Part shown: piece by piece, positions 27,799 through 37,393 of the stretch | Layout of the letters: every line of letters starts with the position of its first letter | How positions within the stretch are numbered: the first letter of the stretch is position 1 | NCBI GenBank assembly: GCA_965203485.1 | Contig: OZ241892.1 | Location: forward strand, 3,493,017-3,557,016 | Direction: 5' to 3' | Origin: Longimicrobiales bacterium | GTDB lineage: Bacteria; Gemmatimonadota; Gemmatimonadetes; Longimicrobiales; Gaopeijiaceae | DNA length: 64,000 nucleotides | Position numbers and translations under genes: made by a program | Notes under the pieces: generated by a model | The model's input: the letters and a program-made list of their open reading frames with translations, nothing else | The model's database searches: none | Told to the model about the DNA's origin: nothing

Positions 27799-29729
27799 GC
27801 TGCGGGCTCCCCGTGCTCTGGCGAGGGGGCGGGCGCAAGGCCGTCCGTCGTGGGCGGGTCCGGCTGTGCCGTGACCTCGATGTCCACGCGAGCAAAATAC
27901 TCACGACTGAACGGTTCAGATCTGGCGTCTACGACGGTCTCGCGGTTCTTGTGAACCATGATCATTGCGTCGTGCCGGCTGCCGGCAAGGTCAGCGTCCT
28001 CCCCGTCTACGAGCATCGACGCCAAAGCCAGCCGACCGGAGCCGTCCCTGCGCATGTTGTCGTCCAGCACGACGGCGGGCATGACCGCCATGAGAGCGCT
28101 GACTGCCTCTGCCGCGGCATCGTCTCTCAACGTGACCCGCACGCGAACCGTCGCGACGGAGGAGAGGCCGGCGTTCTCTCGTCCCTCTTGAATCCGCATT
28201 TCGAACGGATCGGCGACGGGCGGCGGCGACGGCGAGGGACGATCCAGCTCCCTCGTTGCCATCGCGCGCGCGAGAATGTGCTGGAGTCGTCGGGACCCTC
28301 CGGCGGCCGGAGGTTCCGGCACGGGATTCAGCTCCTTGAGAAACTTCTTCGCGTGCTTCTTGACGCGACGCACAATCCTTCGAACCAAATCTTGATACAG
28401 ACCGCGCTTCTCCGTATCGTCGGGATAGGCATCCCGCAGTCGTTGGGAATTGGGATTCCACGTGTCGTGCGAGGGCGGCTCCGAAAGATGAAGCGCTTCG
28501 TCGGCGTCGTCATGGCCGACAAAAACGCCGACGCTCTTCTTGTCTCCGCCGCCCGAAATCTTCAGGTATTCCACGACCATCAGAGGTCCACTGCGAATCA
28601 AGGCGATCGTGTTGTCGAGCGATTCGTCCGGCGAGTCGTCGTCCGGAGTCGGCTGGTCCGGTGCCAAGCCCTTTAGCGCAAGCGTCCCGGGGCGAAGGCC
28701 GTTGAAGCGACGAAGTTTCTGTCGCGTCTCCAATGGCCCCTCGGGCGGAACGCCGTGTTCGATCATGGTGTAGCATCGCACGTACTCGTCCAACCTGGCG
28801 ACGCCCCGAGGGTCCGGCGCGGGAAGCTGCTGTCCGTCCGCCCACAAGTCCACGGTCAGCTTGTTGGAAAGCAGACGCGGCCACCACCAGCGCTCGACGG
28901 CGTCACGGAATTGATCAAGATCAATTGACGATCCCACGATCATGATCGACGTGCCCAAGTCCTCGGGAGCCCGCGTAAAGCCGATGCGTTCGGCGATCTC
29001 ATGCGCCATGTCGTCGACAATCGGCTTGCATTCCGGCTGGCCGGCCTCTCTTGCTTCATGAATGCCAAAGAGGGCGCGGCCCGTGCACTTCCGGCCCTCC
29101 CACGTGTGGCCGTCGAAGGTGGCACAGGCGAACAAGCGGGCATGGTGGCCGCCCGTGTCGTGGCTGGGTTCGAATATGGAATAGACGACGAACATGTTGC
29201 AGTTCGATGCCTCTTCGTAGACTGCCTTGCCCAGGCCGTATGATCCGCCCCTGCCCGAAGCGACGTTCGTGCGGTCTTGCCCGAGCGACAGGCACAGTTC
29301 CTCGAAGCGATCCGTCCGGTCCCGCGCGTCGTAGCCCAAGCCGCACGTGTTTCGGTCCTCGACGACGGTTACGGCTACCCGCTCACCGTCCTTCAGGCGA
29401 GTCAATGCATTGGGAGACGCCAAGCCTAGTTGCCTCAATCGCGCGACGGGGGAATCGTCGGCGTCGAAGCCGAGCAACTCTCGGAACGCCAAGGCCTCGT
29501 CTGGCAAGAGCGTCACGTTCAACACCACAACGTCGGTCTTTTGGTCGGGCAAAGTAGCGTCGACGCTGTTCTGAATCGCCTCACGCGCTACGCGCGAGGT
29601 CGTGTCGAGACGAGACCCCTCGAGCACGTGACGCCGGGCCGTAGCCCGGATTCGCTCGTTCGGGTTCTCCTCGACGAACAGCCACGCTGGCTGCGGAAGG
29701 GGGGGGGGGGGGGGGGGGGGGGGGGACAT
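27795..29729 (-). CDS. GHKL (HATPase_c / MORC-sacsin-like) ATPase-domain protein
   Basis: REAIQNSVDA (N-box), VEDRNTCGLG (G1-like), GRGGSYGLGK (G2), GTSIMI (T/G3-like); N-terminal poly-Pro from a poly-C tract. Confidence 0.7.
   Translation of the reverse strand: MSPPPPPPPPLPQPAWLFVEENPNERIRATARRHVLEGSRLDTTSRVAREAIQNSVDATLPDQKTDVVVLNVTLLPDEALAFRELLGFDADDSPVARLRQLGLASPNALTRLKDGERVAVTVVEDRNTCGLGYDARDRTDRFEELCLSLGQDRTNVASGRGGSYGLGKAVYEEASNCNMFVVYSIFEPSHDTGGHHARLFACATFDGHTWEGRKCTGRALFGIHEAREAGQPECKPIVDDMAHEIAERIGFTRAPEDLGTSIMIVGSSIDLDQFRDAVERWWWPRLLSNKLTVDLWADGQQLPAPDPRGVARLDEYVRCYTMIEHGVPPEGPLETRQKLRRFNGLRPGTLALKGLAPDQPTPDDDSPDESLDNTIALIRSGPLMVVEYLKISGGGDKKSVGVFVGHDDADEALHLSEPPSHDTWNPNSQRLRDAYPDDTEKRGLYQDLVRRIVRRVKKHAKKFLKELNPVPEPPAAGGSRRLQHILARAMATRELDRPSPSPPPVADPFEMRIQEGRENAGLSSVATVRVRVTLRDDAAAEAVSALMAVMPAVVLDDNMRRDGSGRLALASMLVDGEDADLAGSRHDAMIMVHKNRETVVDARSEPFSREYFARVDIEVTAQPDPPTTDGLAPAPSPEHGEPAA
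29699..29725. repeat. Homopolymer G27 (C27 on the coding strand), starting in codon 2 of the GHKL gene
   Basis: Direct count: ATG T-C(27)-TT CCG on the minus strand. Confidence 0.9.
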
Positions 29730-30466
29730 TCGGAAGGCTGGCGCTGGATCAGTGGAAGGGAACGAAGCGGCGCAAAAAAGCTACGAGACTCCGACGCGGC
29801 CCGCAAGTCGCCGCCGGACTCTCAAACCGCAATAGAAATGTCCGGTCATCGGGATGGTCGTGGGGGTGCTTCGGCTCTCTGCGGATGGGTCGAAGGACGT
29901 GCGAGGCGGGGCCGGTCACCTCATCGCTCCGGATGAGGCCGCGATGGCCGGGGTCGCTGGGCGTGTCGGACGCGGCGAGCCGTGCGAGGCGACCCTCCCG
30001 CCGGACGATGGCCGGCTCGACCTCGTCGCGGATCTGCTTGCGCCACGGATGGTTCGGTTCCGGCTTTCGGGGCCTTCGGATGCGAACGCGGCGGAGTCGG
30101 CGGCGGGACGGAAAGCGTAGCTCCCCCGACAGACGCCACTTGACGACGATCCGCAACCCGGGCTGCACGTCGGCCGCCCGGTGTAGAGCGACAATCAGGA
30201 TGAGACGTCCGGGATCGCGACGGGAACGATGTCAGCGGAGTTGGACTGGGCCAAGGCGAAGGCTTGGGCATAGGACGAAGCGAGAACCACGACCCTGGCG
30301 TTCGCCGAGTTGCGCAAGCCTCGAGCGGCCGTCGCAGCCTTGGGTGCTCCAGGAAGCGGCGTCGAAGCTGTGGCGATACCGCAACCGGGGCCTGGCACAG
30401 TCCGCGTGGTTCCACTGCCTGCAATGGGCGCCGGCTCCGGGGCTCGGGCCGGTCAAGAAGGCGGCT

Positions 30467-31285
30467 TCAAATCCTTGAATGCGGCATTCCACCTGCCAAT
30501 CGTTTTCTATATCGATCAAGGTCCGCGGCAGTAATGAATTCAGGCGACACCAACTGGTAGTGCTTCTCGGCAACGATGCTGATGTCGTTTCCAGACTTCT
30601 CGAATTCGAACATGGCAATCCGCTCGTCTGCCGCAAACTGCGTTCCGACGGATCGGCAGACAAGCGACGGCATCTTGTCCGCACAAAGTGCCATGTCCTG
30701 TTCGATTTGAACCCGGCTAAGCTTGTCTGTTCCGCCCTTGGCTTGCACCGGAACTACGTAATGGCAACCCATCTTGTCCACGCCCACATACACTTCGTCC
30801 GTCTCGACTTGACCAAGATCGGTCACGGTCGTACGCAGGTGATTCTGAAGTGACCAACAAGCAATCCCCAGAAAGATGTCGACCAGTCTGTTGTATCGAA
30901 CGCGGGCCAACACGGCTTGCTCGTCGTTGAAAGCATACTTCCCGATCAGCCCAGGCGTCGAATCGGGAATCCGAGTGATCGAGAAATTGGGATTGGGCAC
31001 CAACGGAGTGTCGGACACCAACACGAAGCGATACGTCGCACGTCCAGTTGCGCGAATGATCCACGTCTTGCCCTCGGGAGCGGAAGTGAGAATGCTAGAA
31101 GGCAGTTCGGTTCGGTAACGGAAGCTATATAAAATATCTCCTAAGTTCTTCGGCGGAGCGATGTCTAGTTGGCGTGCAAAATATGCAAGATCATCCCGTT
31201 TGAAATCGACCGTCTCATCACCCGGCGCGTGCTTGGCGGCGAACAGTGCTTCGATAATTGCAGCATAGCGATTCGGATAAGTCAT
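30467..31285 (-). CDS. Putative type II restriction endonuclease (PD-(D/E)XK)
   Basis: ATG 31285 overlaps the MTase stop (ATGA); PKNLGDILYSFRYR, QVETDEVYVG...VPVQAKGG. Confidence 0.7.
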   Translation of the reverse strand: MTYPNRYAAIIEALFAAKHAPGDETVDFKRDDLAYFARQLDIAPPKNLGDILYSFRYRTELPSSILTSAPEGKTWIIRATGRATYRFVLVSDTPLVPNPNFSITRIPDSTPGLIGKYAFNDEQAVLARVRYNRLVDIFLGIACWSLQNHLRTTVTDLGQVETDEVYVGVDKMGCHYVVPVQAKGGTDKLSRVQIEQDMALCADKMPSLVCRSVGTQFAADERIAMFEFEKSGNDISIVAEKHYQLVSPEFITAADLDRYRKRLAGGMPHSRI

Positions 31286-32625
31286 CGTGTCCTTTTCTTT
31301 CCCGGCCACTCCAGCAAGACCACTTCCTCCCGAAGCTGATCGCCGGTGGCAGTGGAAAGCCTAGTTCTGAACAGATCAATGTCTATAACCTTGTAGCCTA
31401 AGGACGACGCCACTTCGGCGAGGAGTTGTCCCGTGCGGATCATGATTCTTAGATAAGATGCTTGATCGCCTACTACGTACGCAAGTTTGGCACCAGGCTT
31501 GAGCACCGAACGAAGAGAGGCGAAGTGTCGAGTCATTCCTCCGAAGTAGAGCTTCGTGACACGCGAATACATACGTTCGAAACCCGATGTCTTTCCAAGG
31601 TCTACACGTCGGCGTTCTATTGCGTCTGCTATGCATCGAACATTCGCATTGCCTTCGACTTCGCGATCGTCCGCATCCGCCTTGTACACGCCTCGCGTGT
31701 TCGATCGGATCATGCCCTGCTTGAGTTGTCGCAACTCCGCTTTGCTCCGTATCATTCCGAGGACTACCGACTCCAGGCGAGTGGTCCGCGTGTAGTCCTT
31801 CTCGTTGGGATACGGCGGAGACGTGATTACCGCGTCGACGGTTCCCGGCGCAAGTACGGTGTTCGCTGTTCGGGCGTCCGAATGAACGGCACGCGCATCG
31901 ACCCGGGCGCGATCAACGAGGGATTGCAGGTCGCTCGCCATGGAGATCATGCGTCCGAACCATGCATCGACCACGGCTGCGTCTTCCTTGATGCGGCCGA
32001 CGCCCACTTCCGGACCAAACTTCAGGTTGCTGATATCGCGAACCAAGGCGGTAGCTAGGGCCAATCTGCCGTACGACTGCAAGTTATCAGCGCCGCGGCG
32101 GTTGATTTCGCGCAGAAGCATCAAAGTCTTGTGGAGGGGCATCGGGCTGATGGAGTTTCTCAGCAGTAATGCCTCCTGTTCCGGCGGGAGGCTTGCTAGC
32201 GGCGAGTCGGAAGTCGTGGTTTTGTCAAAGAGAGGGAGCCTTGCGAAGTCCTCAATCCCCTGCTTTCGTAGAGACCTGCGAGTTGCGGTTGCGGCTTCCT
32301 CGGCATAGCGAAAGAGCTCGTCACGGCGTGCTCGCCAGTTCACCTTGACAGAACTGGCAAAATGCGCCATGGCGCTCGCTTCGACTCCCACGCTTCGAAT
32401 CCCGAGCTTCTTGCATTCGACCAAAGTCGTGCCCGTACCGCAAAAAGGGTCCAGGACCGTGGCGCGCGCCCCGACGCCGAACCGATCAACGTAGTCGCGG
32501 ACCAAGTGCGGCGGAAAGGATAGGACGAAGCGATACCAGTTGTGGACGGCCCGGTCGGCCGGCCGCAACTTGTTGGGATCGGTCGTTGGTCGCGGGTCGC
32601 TGGGAGTGGTTGCTTGCGGTTCCAT
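31282..32625 (-). CDS. Amino-methyltransferase, probably N4-cytosine (alpha order)
   Basis: VLDPFCGTGTT (motif I) N-terminal to VITSPPY (motif IV; SPPY is typical of m4C enzymes); start ATG 32625 or 32679. Confidence 0.85.
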   Translation of the reverse strand: MEPQATTPSDPRPTTDPNKLRPADRAVHNWYRFVLSFPPHLVRDYVDRFGVGARATVLDPFCGTGTTLVECKKLGIRSVGVEASAMAHFASSVKVNWRARRDELFRYAEEAATATRRSLRKQGIEDFARLPLFDKTTTSDSPLASLPPEQEALLLRNSISPMPLHKTLMLLREINRRGADNLQSYGRLALATALVRDISNLKFGPEVGVGRIKEDAAVVDAWFGRMISMASDLQSLVDRARVDARAVHSDARTANTVLAPGTVDAVITSPPYPNEKDYTRTTRLESVVLGMIRSKAELRQLKQGMIRSNTRGVYKADADDREVEGNANVRCIADAIERRRVDLGKTSGFERMYSRVTKLYFGGMTRHFASLRSVLKPGAKLAYVVGDQASYLRIMIRTGQLLAEVASSLGYKVIDIDLFRTRLSTATGDQLREEVVLLEWPGKKRTR

Positions 32626-32712
32626 GTGGAGTCTTCCTTCGCCTACCGCGCGGAAGCGGCTGGCACCTGGGACCTGCATGACTCCGCTGTCGGTGTGTCC
32701 AACCTCTCCCCG

Positions 32713-34767
32713 CTACTCCTCCGTCACCGCGCCGCCCCGCGAGTGCTTCTTGAACCACTCGCGCAGATAGATGTGGGTCCGCAGGAAGTTCGACGGCGTG
32801 GAGCTCGTGCCGTGCCACTCGTTCTTGAAGCGGATCATGGCCGTGGGCACCTTCAGCACACGCAGCGCCTGGTAGTACTCCTCGGTCTGCGGCATGGGCG
32901 TTCGGAGATCGCCCTCTCCCGTCATCAGCATCGTGGGCGTCTTGACGTTGCCGACGTACATGAGCGGGGAGCGCCGCAGGTGCTCGGAGGGGTCGTCCCA
33001 GGGGAACTCCTTGAAGTTGCGGTACCAGCTTGCGCCGTCCGTCGTTCCCACGAACGACAGCCAGTTGGTGACGGGGCAGTTGGCGGAGGCCGCGGCGAAG
33101 CGGTCCGTGTGGCCGACCACCCACGAGGTCAGCACGCCGCCGCCGGAGCAACCGTAGACGAACATGTTGCTGTCGTCCACGTAGCCCCGCGCGACGACCG
33201 AGTCCACGCCGGCCATGAGGTCGTCGAAGTCCTTGCCGGGGTAGGCGTTCTTGATCGAGTTGCCGAAGGCGCTGCCGTAGCCGGAGGAACCGCGGGGATT
33301 CGTGTACAGCACGACGTAGCCGTTCGCGGCGTGGTTCTGCCAGCCGAAGTTGAATCCCACGTTGTACATTCCGTGCGGGCCGCCGTGAATGGCCAGGATG
33401 AGGGGATACTGCTTTGCCGGATCGAAGTCGGGGGGCTTGATGATCCAGCCCTGGATGTCGTAGTCCTCGACGGACTTGTACCATATCTCCTCGACGTCGC
33501 CGAGCTCTACGCCCGCCAGCACGTCGGCGTTGACCCGCGTCAGGCGCGTGATTTCGCCGGGATCGCGCAACGAGAACGTCGCGACGTCGCCGGGCTCGTG
33601 ATGGCTGCTCAGCGTGCCAACGGCCATGCCCCCTTCGACCGACGACAGCGACAGCATGTGATTGCCTTCGGTCATGGGCGTCACGCCGCCGTCCACGGAC
33701 GCGAAGTGCACGTTGCTGGTTCCCTCGCTGCGGACCGTCATGTACAGGCCGCTGCCGTCGTCGGCCCAGATCAAGCCGGAGGGCTGGCGGTCGAATCCTT
33801 CGCTGATCATGCGGATGCCCGAGCCGTCCCGGTTCATGACGTACAGCTTGCGCGTGATGTAGGTGTCGGTGGTGAAGTCGTTGCCGGTGAACGCGACGAG
33901 GCGGCCGTCCGGCGAGGGCAACGGCGAGCCGTGCGGGCCGGGGCGGTCGGTGAGGCGCGTCACGTCCCCCGTCGCGACGCGCACGGAATACACGTCCGAC
34001 TGCCGCCATTCGTGCTGGGCGTCCTCCACGCGCAGCGACGTGAACAGGATCTCCTCGCCGTCGGGCGTCCACGCGACTCCGTTGTGGTTCCAGTCGCCGT
34101 CGGTGAGCTGGCGGGCCGTGCCTCCGTCGGCGGGGACGACGAAGAGGTGCGTGTAGCCCTCGTCCACGTAGCCGCGCCGGTCCCTGCGGTACCAGAGCCG
34201 GTCAACGACCTTGGGTGCCTCGGTCCACTTGGCGCCGTCGGGCCGGCCCGGCAACGAGATCGGCCAGGGATGCTCCGAGTCGACCGTCATCGAAAACGCG
34301 ATCTGACGTCCGTCCGGCGACCACTCGATGTTGGACGGGCTGTTCTCGACGTGCGTGATCTGCGTGGTCGCGCCCTCGGCGTCCATCCACCGCACGTGAA
34401 TCTGGCTGCCGCCGGGCTCCCCGTCTGCAGTGTAGGCGATGCGGTCTCCGCTGGGCGACCAGCTGGGCGACGATCCGTCGAGCAGGAAGCGCATCCGGCT
34501 GCCGTCGGCGTTCATGATCCAGATGGACGACTTGCGACGGTCGTTGACCTTGTCCACCCACGTGCGCGTGAAGACGACTTGACCGCCGTCGGGCGACAGC
34601 TGCGGATTGCCCGCCCACTCCCAATCCAGATAGGTCTCGAGCTTGAGCGTCCCGTCGGGCTCGTTCTGGGCTTGGACGGCCGCGGGCGCGCCCAAGGCGA
34701 GCAATGCCGCCGGGAAGATGGCGAAGGTAGCGATTCGCGAGGAAAGCGGCGCGTGAGACGACGGCAT
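32713..34767 (-). CDS. S9 family (prolyl oligopeptidase / acylaminoacyl) peptidase, secreted
   Basis: Signal peptide, WSPDG propeller repeats, IHGGPH, GCSGGG (Ser), GEGDLR (Asp), EWHG (His). Confidence 0.92.
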   Translation of the reverse strand: MPSSHAPLSSRIATFAIFPAALLALGAPAAVQAQNEPDGTLKLETYLDWEWAGNPQLSPDGGQVVFTRTWVDKVNDRRKSSIWIMNADGSRMRFLLDGSSPSWSPSGDRIAYTADGEPGGSQIHVRWMDAEGATTQITHVENSPSNIEWSPDGRQIAFSMTVDSEHPWPISLPGRPDGAKWTEAPKVVDRLWYRRDRRGYVDEGYTHLFVVPADGGTARQLTDGDWNHNGVAWTPDGEEILFTSLRVEDAQHEWRQSDVYSVRVATGDVTRLTDRPGPHGSPLPSPDGRLVAFTGNDFTTDTYITRKLYVMNRDGSGIRMISEGFDRQPSGLIWADDGSGLYMTVRSEGTSNVHFASVDGGVTPMTEGNHMLSLSSVEGGMAVGTLSSHHEPGDVATFSLRDPGEITRLTRVNADVLAGVELGDVEEIWYKSVEDYDIQGWIIKPPDFDPAKQYPLILAIHGGPHGMYNVGFNFGWQNHAANGYVVLYTNPRGSSGYGSAFGNSIKNAYPGKDFDDLMAGVDSVVARGYVDDSNMFVYGCSGGGVLTSWVVGHTDRFAAASANCPVTNWLSFVGTTDGASWYRNFKEFPWDDPSEHLRRSPLMYVGNVKTPTMLMTGEGDLRTPMPQTEEYYQALRVLKVPTAMIRFKNEWHGTSSTPSNFLRTHIYLREWFKKHSRGGAVTEE

Positions 34768-34980
34768 GGACGGGCCTCCGATCTGCTGGTTGGTTCGACA
34801 GAACTCCGAAGCTGGGCCGGCGCTGCGCTGGAGAGCCGGACCGGCTTCTCGTCGGCAAGATACGGGCTCCGGCGGACGGCCGCCAGAAAACGGACCCGGC
34901 CATGCCGCGCGGCTCGGGCCCAACCGCGCCCGCGCTCGATTCACGACATCGCCGCCCGCGAAACGCACGCGCGTTGCGGC

Positions 34981-35802
34981 CTACGAAGTTGTCGCGCCGA
35001 CCGGCTCGCGGTCCACCCGCTTGAACGTCCAGCCGCCGTACAGGAGGCTTTGGCAGAAGCGGCGGGGCGGTCCGAAGCCCGCCCGCCCGGCCAGGTCGGC
35101 GATGCGCTGGGCGGAAGCGAAGTGAATTCCCGTGGAGATGCGTTCCTCGAAGCGGGGGATCTCGTCCTCCGCGAGGTTCATGATGCGCCAGTAGCGGCGC
35201 CACGCCTCCATCGAGCGCTCGTGCTCCGGCGCGCCGGGCTCGCCGTGGAGGTCGAAGAGGACCAGCAGGCCGCCGGTCCGCAACCGGCCCGCTACGCCCT
35301 TCAGCAGCGCCGCCTTCTCGCCGTCGTCCGGCAGGAAGTGCAGCACGTTGATCACGGTGGCGGCATGGAAGCGGGGACGGACGGGCAGGTCGTGGACCAA
35401 GCCCAACCGGAGTTCGACGCTTCCCGATTCGGGCCGCGCCGGGGCAGCCGTTCCGTCGTCTTCTGCGGCCGAGTTGCGGCGGGATTCCCGAGAGCAGGCC
35501 GCCGGCCTCGCCTCCGCCCGCGCGTCGTCGTGCGCGGCCAGCCGCTGACGAGCCAGTGCCAGCATTTGTGCCGAAGGGTCCACTCCGGTCAGATGCAGGT
35601 CGGGCCGCGCGCGCCTGAACGTGGCCAGCTCGATTCCGGTCCCCGCGCCCACGACGAGCAGGCGGCCGCCCCGCGGCAGCACGGGATCGGCCAGGGCCGC
35701 CACCATCGAAAAGAGCGTGCGGTACCCGGGGATGACGCGGTGCGCCAAGTCCTCGTAGGCGCGGCCGTAGTCTCCGTCGAAGTCGAAGGGTCCCGTGTCC
35801 AC
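34981..35802 (-). CDS. Class I SAM-dependent methyltransferase (CmoA-like)
   Basis: IPGY, LVVGAGTG, GVDPSAQML, VLHFLPDDGEK; GTG start inferred at 35802. Confidence 0.8.
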   Translation of the reverse strand: MDTGPFDFDGDYGRAYEDLAHRVIPGYRTLFSMVAALADPVLPRGGRLLVVGAGTGIELATFRRARPDLHLTGVDPSAQMLALARQRLAAHDDARAEARPAACSRESRRNSAAEDDGTAAPARPESGSVELRLGLVHDLPVRPRFHAATVINVLHFLPDDGEKAALLKGVAGRLRTGGLLVLFDLHGEPGAPEHERSMEAWRRYWRIMNLAEDEIPRFEERISTGIHFASAQRIADLAGRAGFGPPRRFCQSLLYGGWTFKRVDREPVGATTS

Positions 35803-35928
35803 GCCGCCCGCCGTTGGAGTCGCCGCCCGACCGAAGGGCGCCTGCCCACGGAGCCGTTCTTGGCGTATGATTGGCGTCGCCCTCCGAGACCAGCGCCTTT
35901 CGTCGCTCGAAACGGCCAGGATAGGCGA

Positions 35929-37386
35929 ATGCCCCATCTTCCGCCACAGGACGCCCCGCCCCTCACCCGTCGGCGCTTCGTCGCGTCGGCGGCTGGTCTG
36001 GCTTCCGTGTTGGCGTCGTCCCGGCTCTCGGCGGACGGGCACGGGGACGGCGGGCCGGCTTCGTGCGGTGGCGATTCGTCGGACCTGCCTCGCGACGACG
36101 GTCGGCTGGACGGGTTCGCCCCCGGCAGCCCAACCGCGCCTGCGAACGCTCAGCTTCTCCGAGTGGACGGCGAGCGGCTGGCGGAGGTCTGGGCGGGCCT
36201 GCGCCGCTTCGGAGGCACGCCCGAGGGCGGCACGACGCGGCTCGCGTACAGTGAAGAGGACTTGGCGGCGCGCGAGTACGTGGCCGGAGTGATGGAGCAG
36301 GCCGGACTGGCCGTGTCGGTCGACGTGGCGGGCAATTTGATCGGCAGCCGAGCGGGCGCGGGCGCCGTCCCCGCTGCCTCCGATGCTGCCCTGATGACCG
36401 GTTCGCACATCGACACGGTGCCCGGCGGCGGCAGCTACGACGGCCAGATCGGCGTCGCGGGCGCTCTGGAGGCGGTGCTGACGTTGCGCGACCACGGCGT
36501 GGAGCTTCGCCGTCCGCTCGAGGTCGTCGTCTTCCAGAACGAGGAGGGCGGCAAGACGGGCAGCCGCGCGCTGGCAGGCCGAGTTCAGGCGATGGAACTC
36601 GACATCGTCACGGCTTCAGGCTACACGATCCGCGAGGGCATCGGCCGCTTGGGCGGAGACGCAACGCGGTTGCGGGCGGCAAGACGCGCGCCGGGAAGCG
36701 TGGCGGGCTTCGTGGAACTGCACATCGAGCAGGGCGGACTCCTTGCGGAGGAAGGCGTCCAGATCGGCGTGGTCGAGGGGATCGTCGGCATCCGCCGCTG
36801 GAACGTGGTGGTCCGCGGCACGACGAACCACGCGGGCACGACGCCGATGGCGCAGCGGCGGGACGCGCTCGTGGCCGCCGCCCGCCTGATCGAGGCCGTG
36901 AACGAGACCGCGCTTGAAACGGAGGGACGGCAGGTCGCGACCGTCGGCAAGATCGAAGCGGAGCCCGGCGTTCCGAACGTCGTTCCCGGCGTCGTCCGCG
37001 CGACGCTGGAGATCAGGGACCTGCGCATGAAGAAGATCGACGCGGTGTTTCGAGCGGTCGAGGCGCATGCGCGTGACATTGAAGAAGAGATGGACGTGTC
37101 CATCGACTTCTCGCGCTTCTACGAGAGCTTGGCCGCGCCGACGGCCCCGCGCTTTCGCGACATCGTCGAGGAGGCGGCGGAAGTGCTGGGATTTTCGCAT
37201 GCGAGGATGCCGTCGGGCGCCGGCCACGACGCGCAGAGCATGGCCCAGATCGGCCCCGCCGGGATGATCTTCGTGCCGAGCCGCGACGGCGTCAGCCACT
37301 CGCCGCTGGAGTACACGTCGCCCGCCGACATCGAGCGAGGCGCCAACGTGCTGCTTCAGTCCCTCCTGGCGCTCGACCGAGAGTAG
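35929..37386 (+). CDS. M20 Zn-dependent amidohydrolase (N-carbamoyl-amino acid / allantoate amidohydrolase family), Tat signal
   Basis: TRRRFV, GSHIDTV..GG.YDG, NEEG, ELHIEQG, NHAGTTPM, SGAGHDAQ, GVSHSPLE. Confidence 0.9.
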   Translation: MPHLPPQDAPPLTRRRFVASAAGLASVLASSRLSADGHGDGGPASCGGDSSDLPRDDGRLDGFAPGSPTAPANAQLLRVDGERLAEVWAGLRRFGGTPEGGTTRLAYSEEDLAAREYVAGVMEQAGLAVSVDVAGNLIGSRAGAGAVPAASDAALMTGSHIDTVPGGGSYDGQIGVAGALEAVLTLRDHGVELRRPLEVVVFQNEEGGKTGSRALAGRVQAMELDIVTASGYTIREGIGRLGGDATRLRAARRAPGSVAGFVELHIEQGGLLAEEGVQIGVVEGIVGIRRWNVVVRGTTNHAGTTPMAQRRDALVAAARLIEAVNETALETEGRQVATVGKIEAEPGVPNVVPGVVRATLEIRDLRMKKIDAVFRAVEAHARDIEEEMDVSIDFSRFYESLAAPTAPRFRDIVEEAAEVLGFSHARMPSGAGHDAQSMAQIGPAGMIFVPSRDGVSHSPLEYTSPADIERGANVLLQSLLALDRE

Positions 37387-37393
37387 CGGAGAC

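Noticed and set aside
29730..30466. Small ORFs between the GHKL gene and the endonuclease
   Set aside because: No motif, RBS or consistent codon pattern; cannot support a gene call, though a decayed gene is possible
1749..32712. att-like direct repeats at the island borders
   Set aside because: Only a short CTTCGCCT match found by eye, expected by chance; no integrase and no tRNA fragment at either end
32542..35928. 1614-aa plus-strand ORF in the track
   Set aside because: The first ~1130 codons are the antisense shadow of the S9 peptidase and methyltransferase; only 35929-37386 is a real gene
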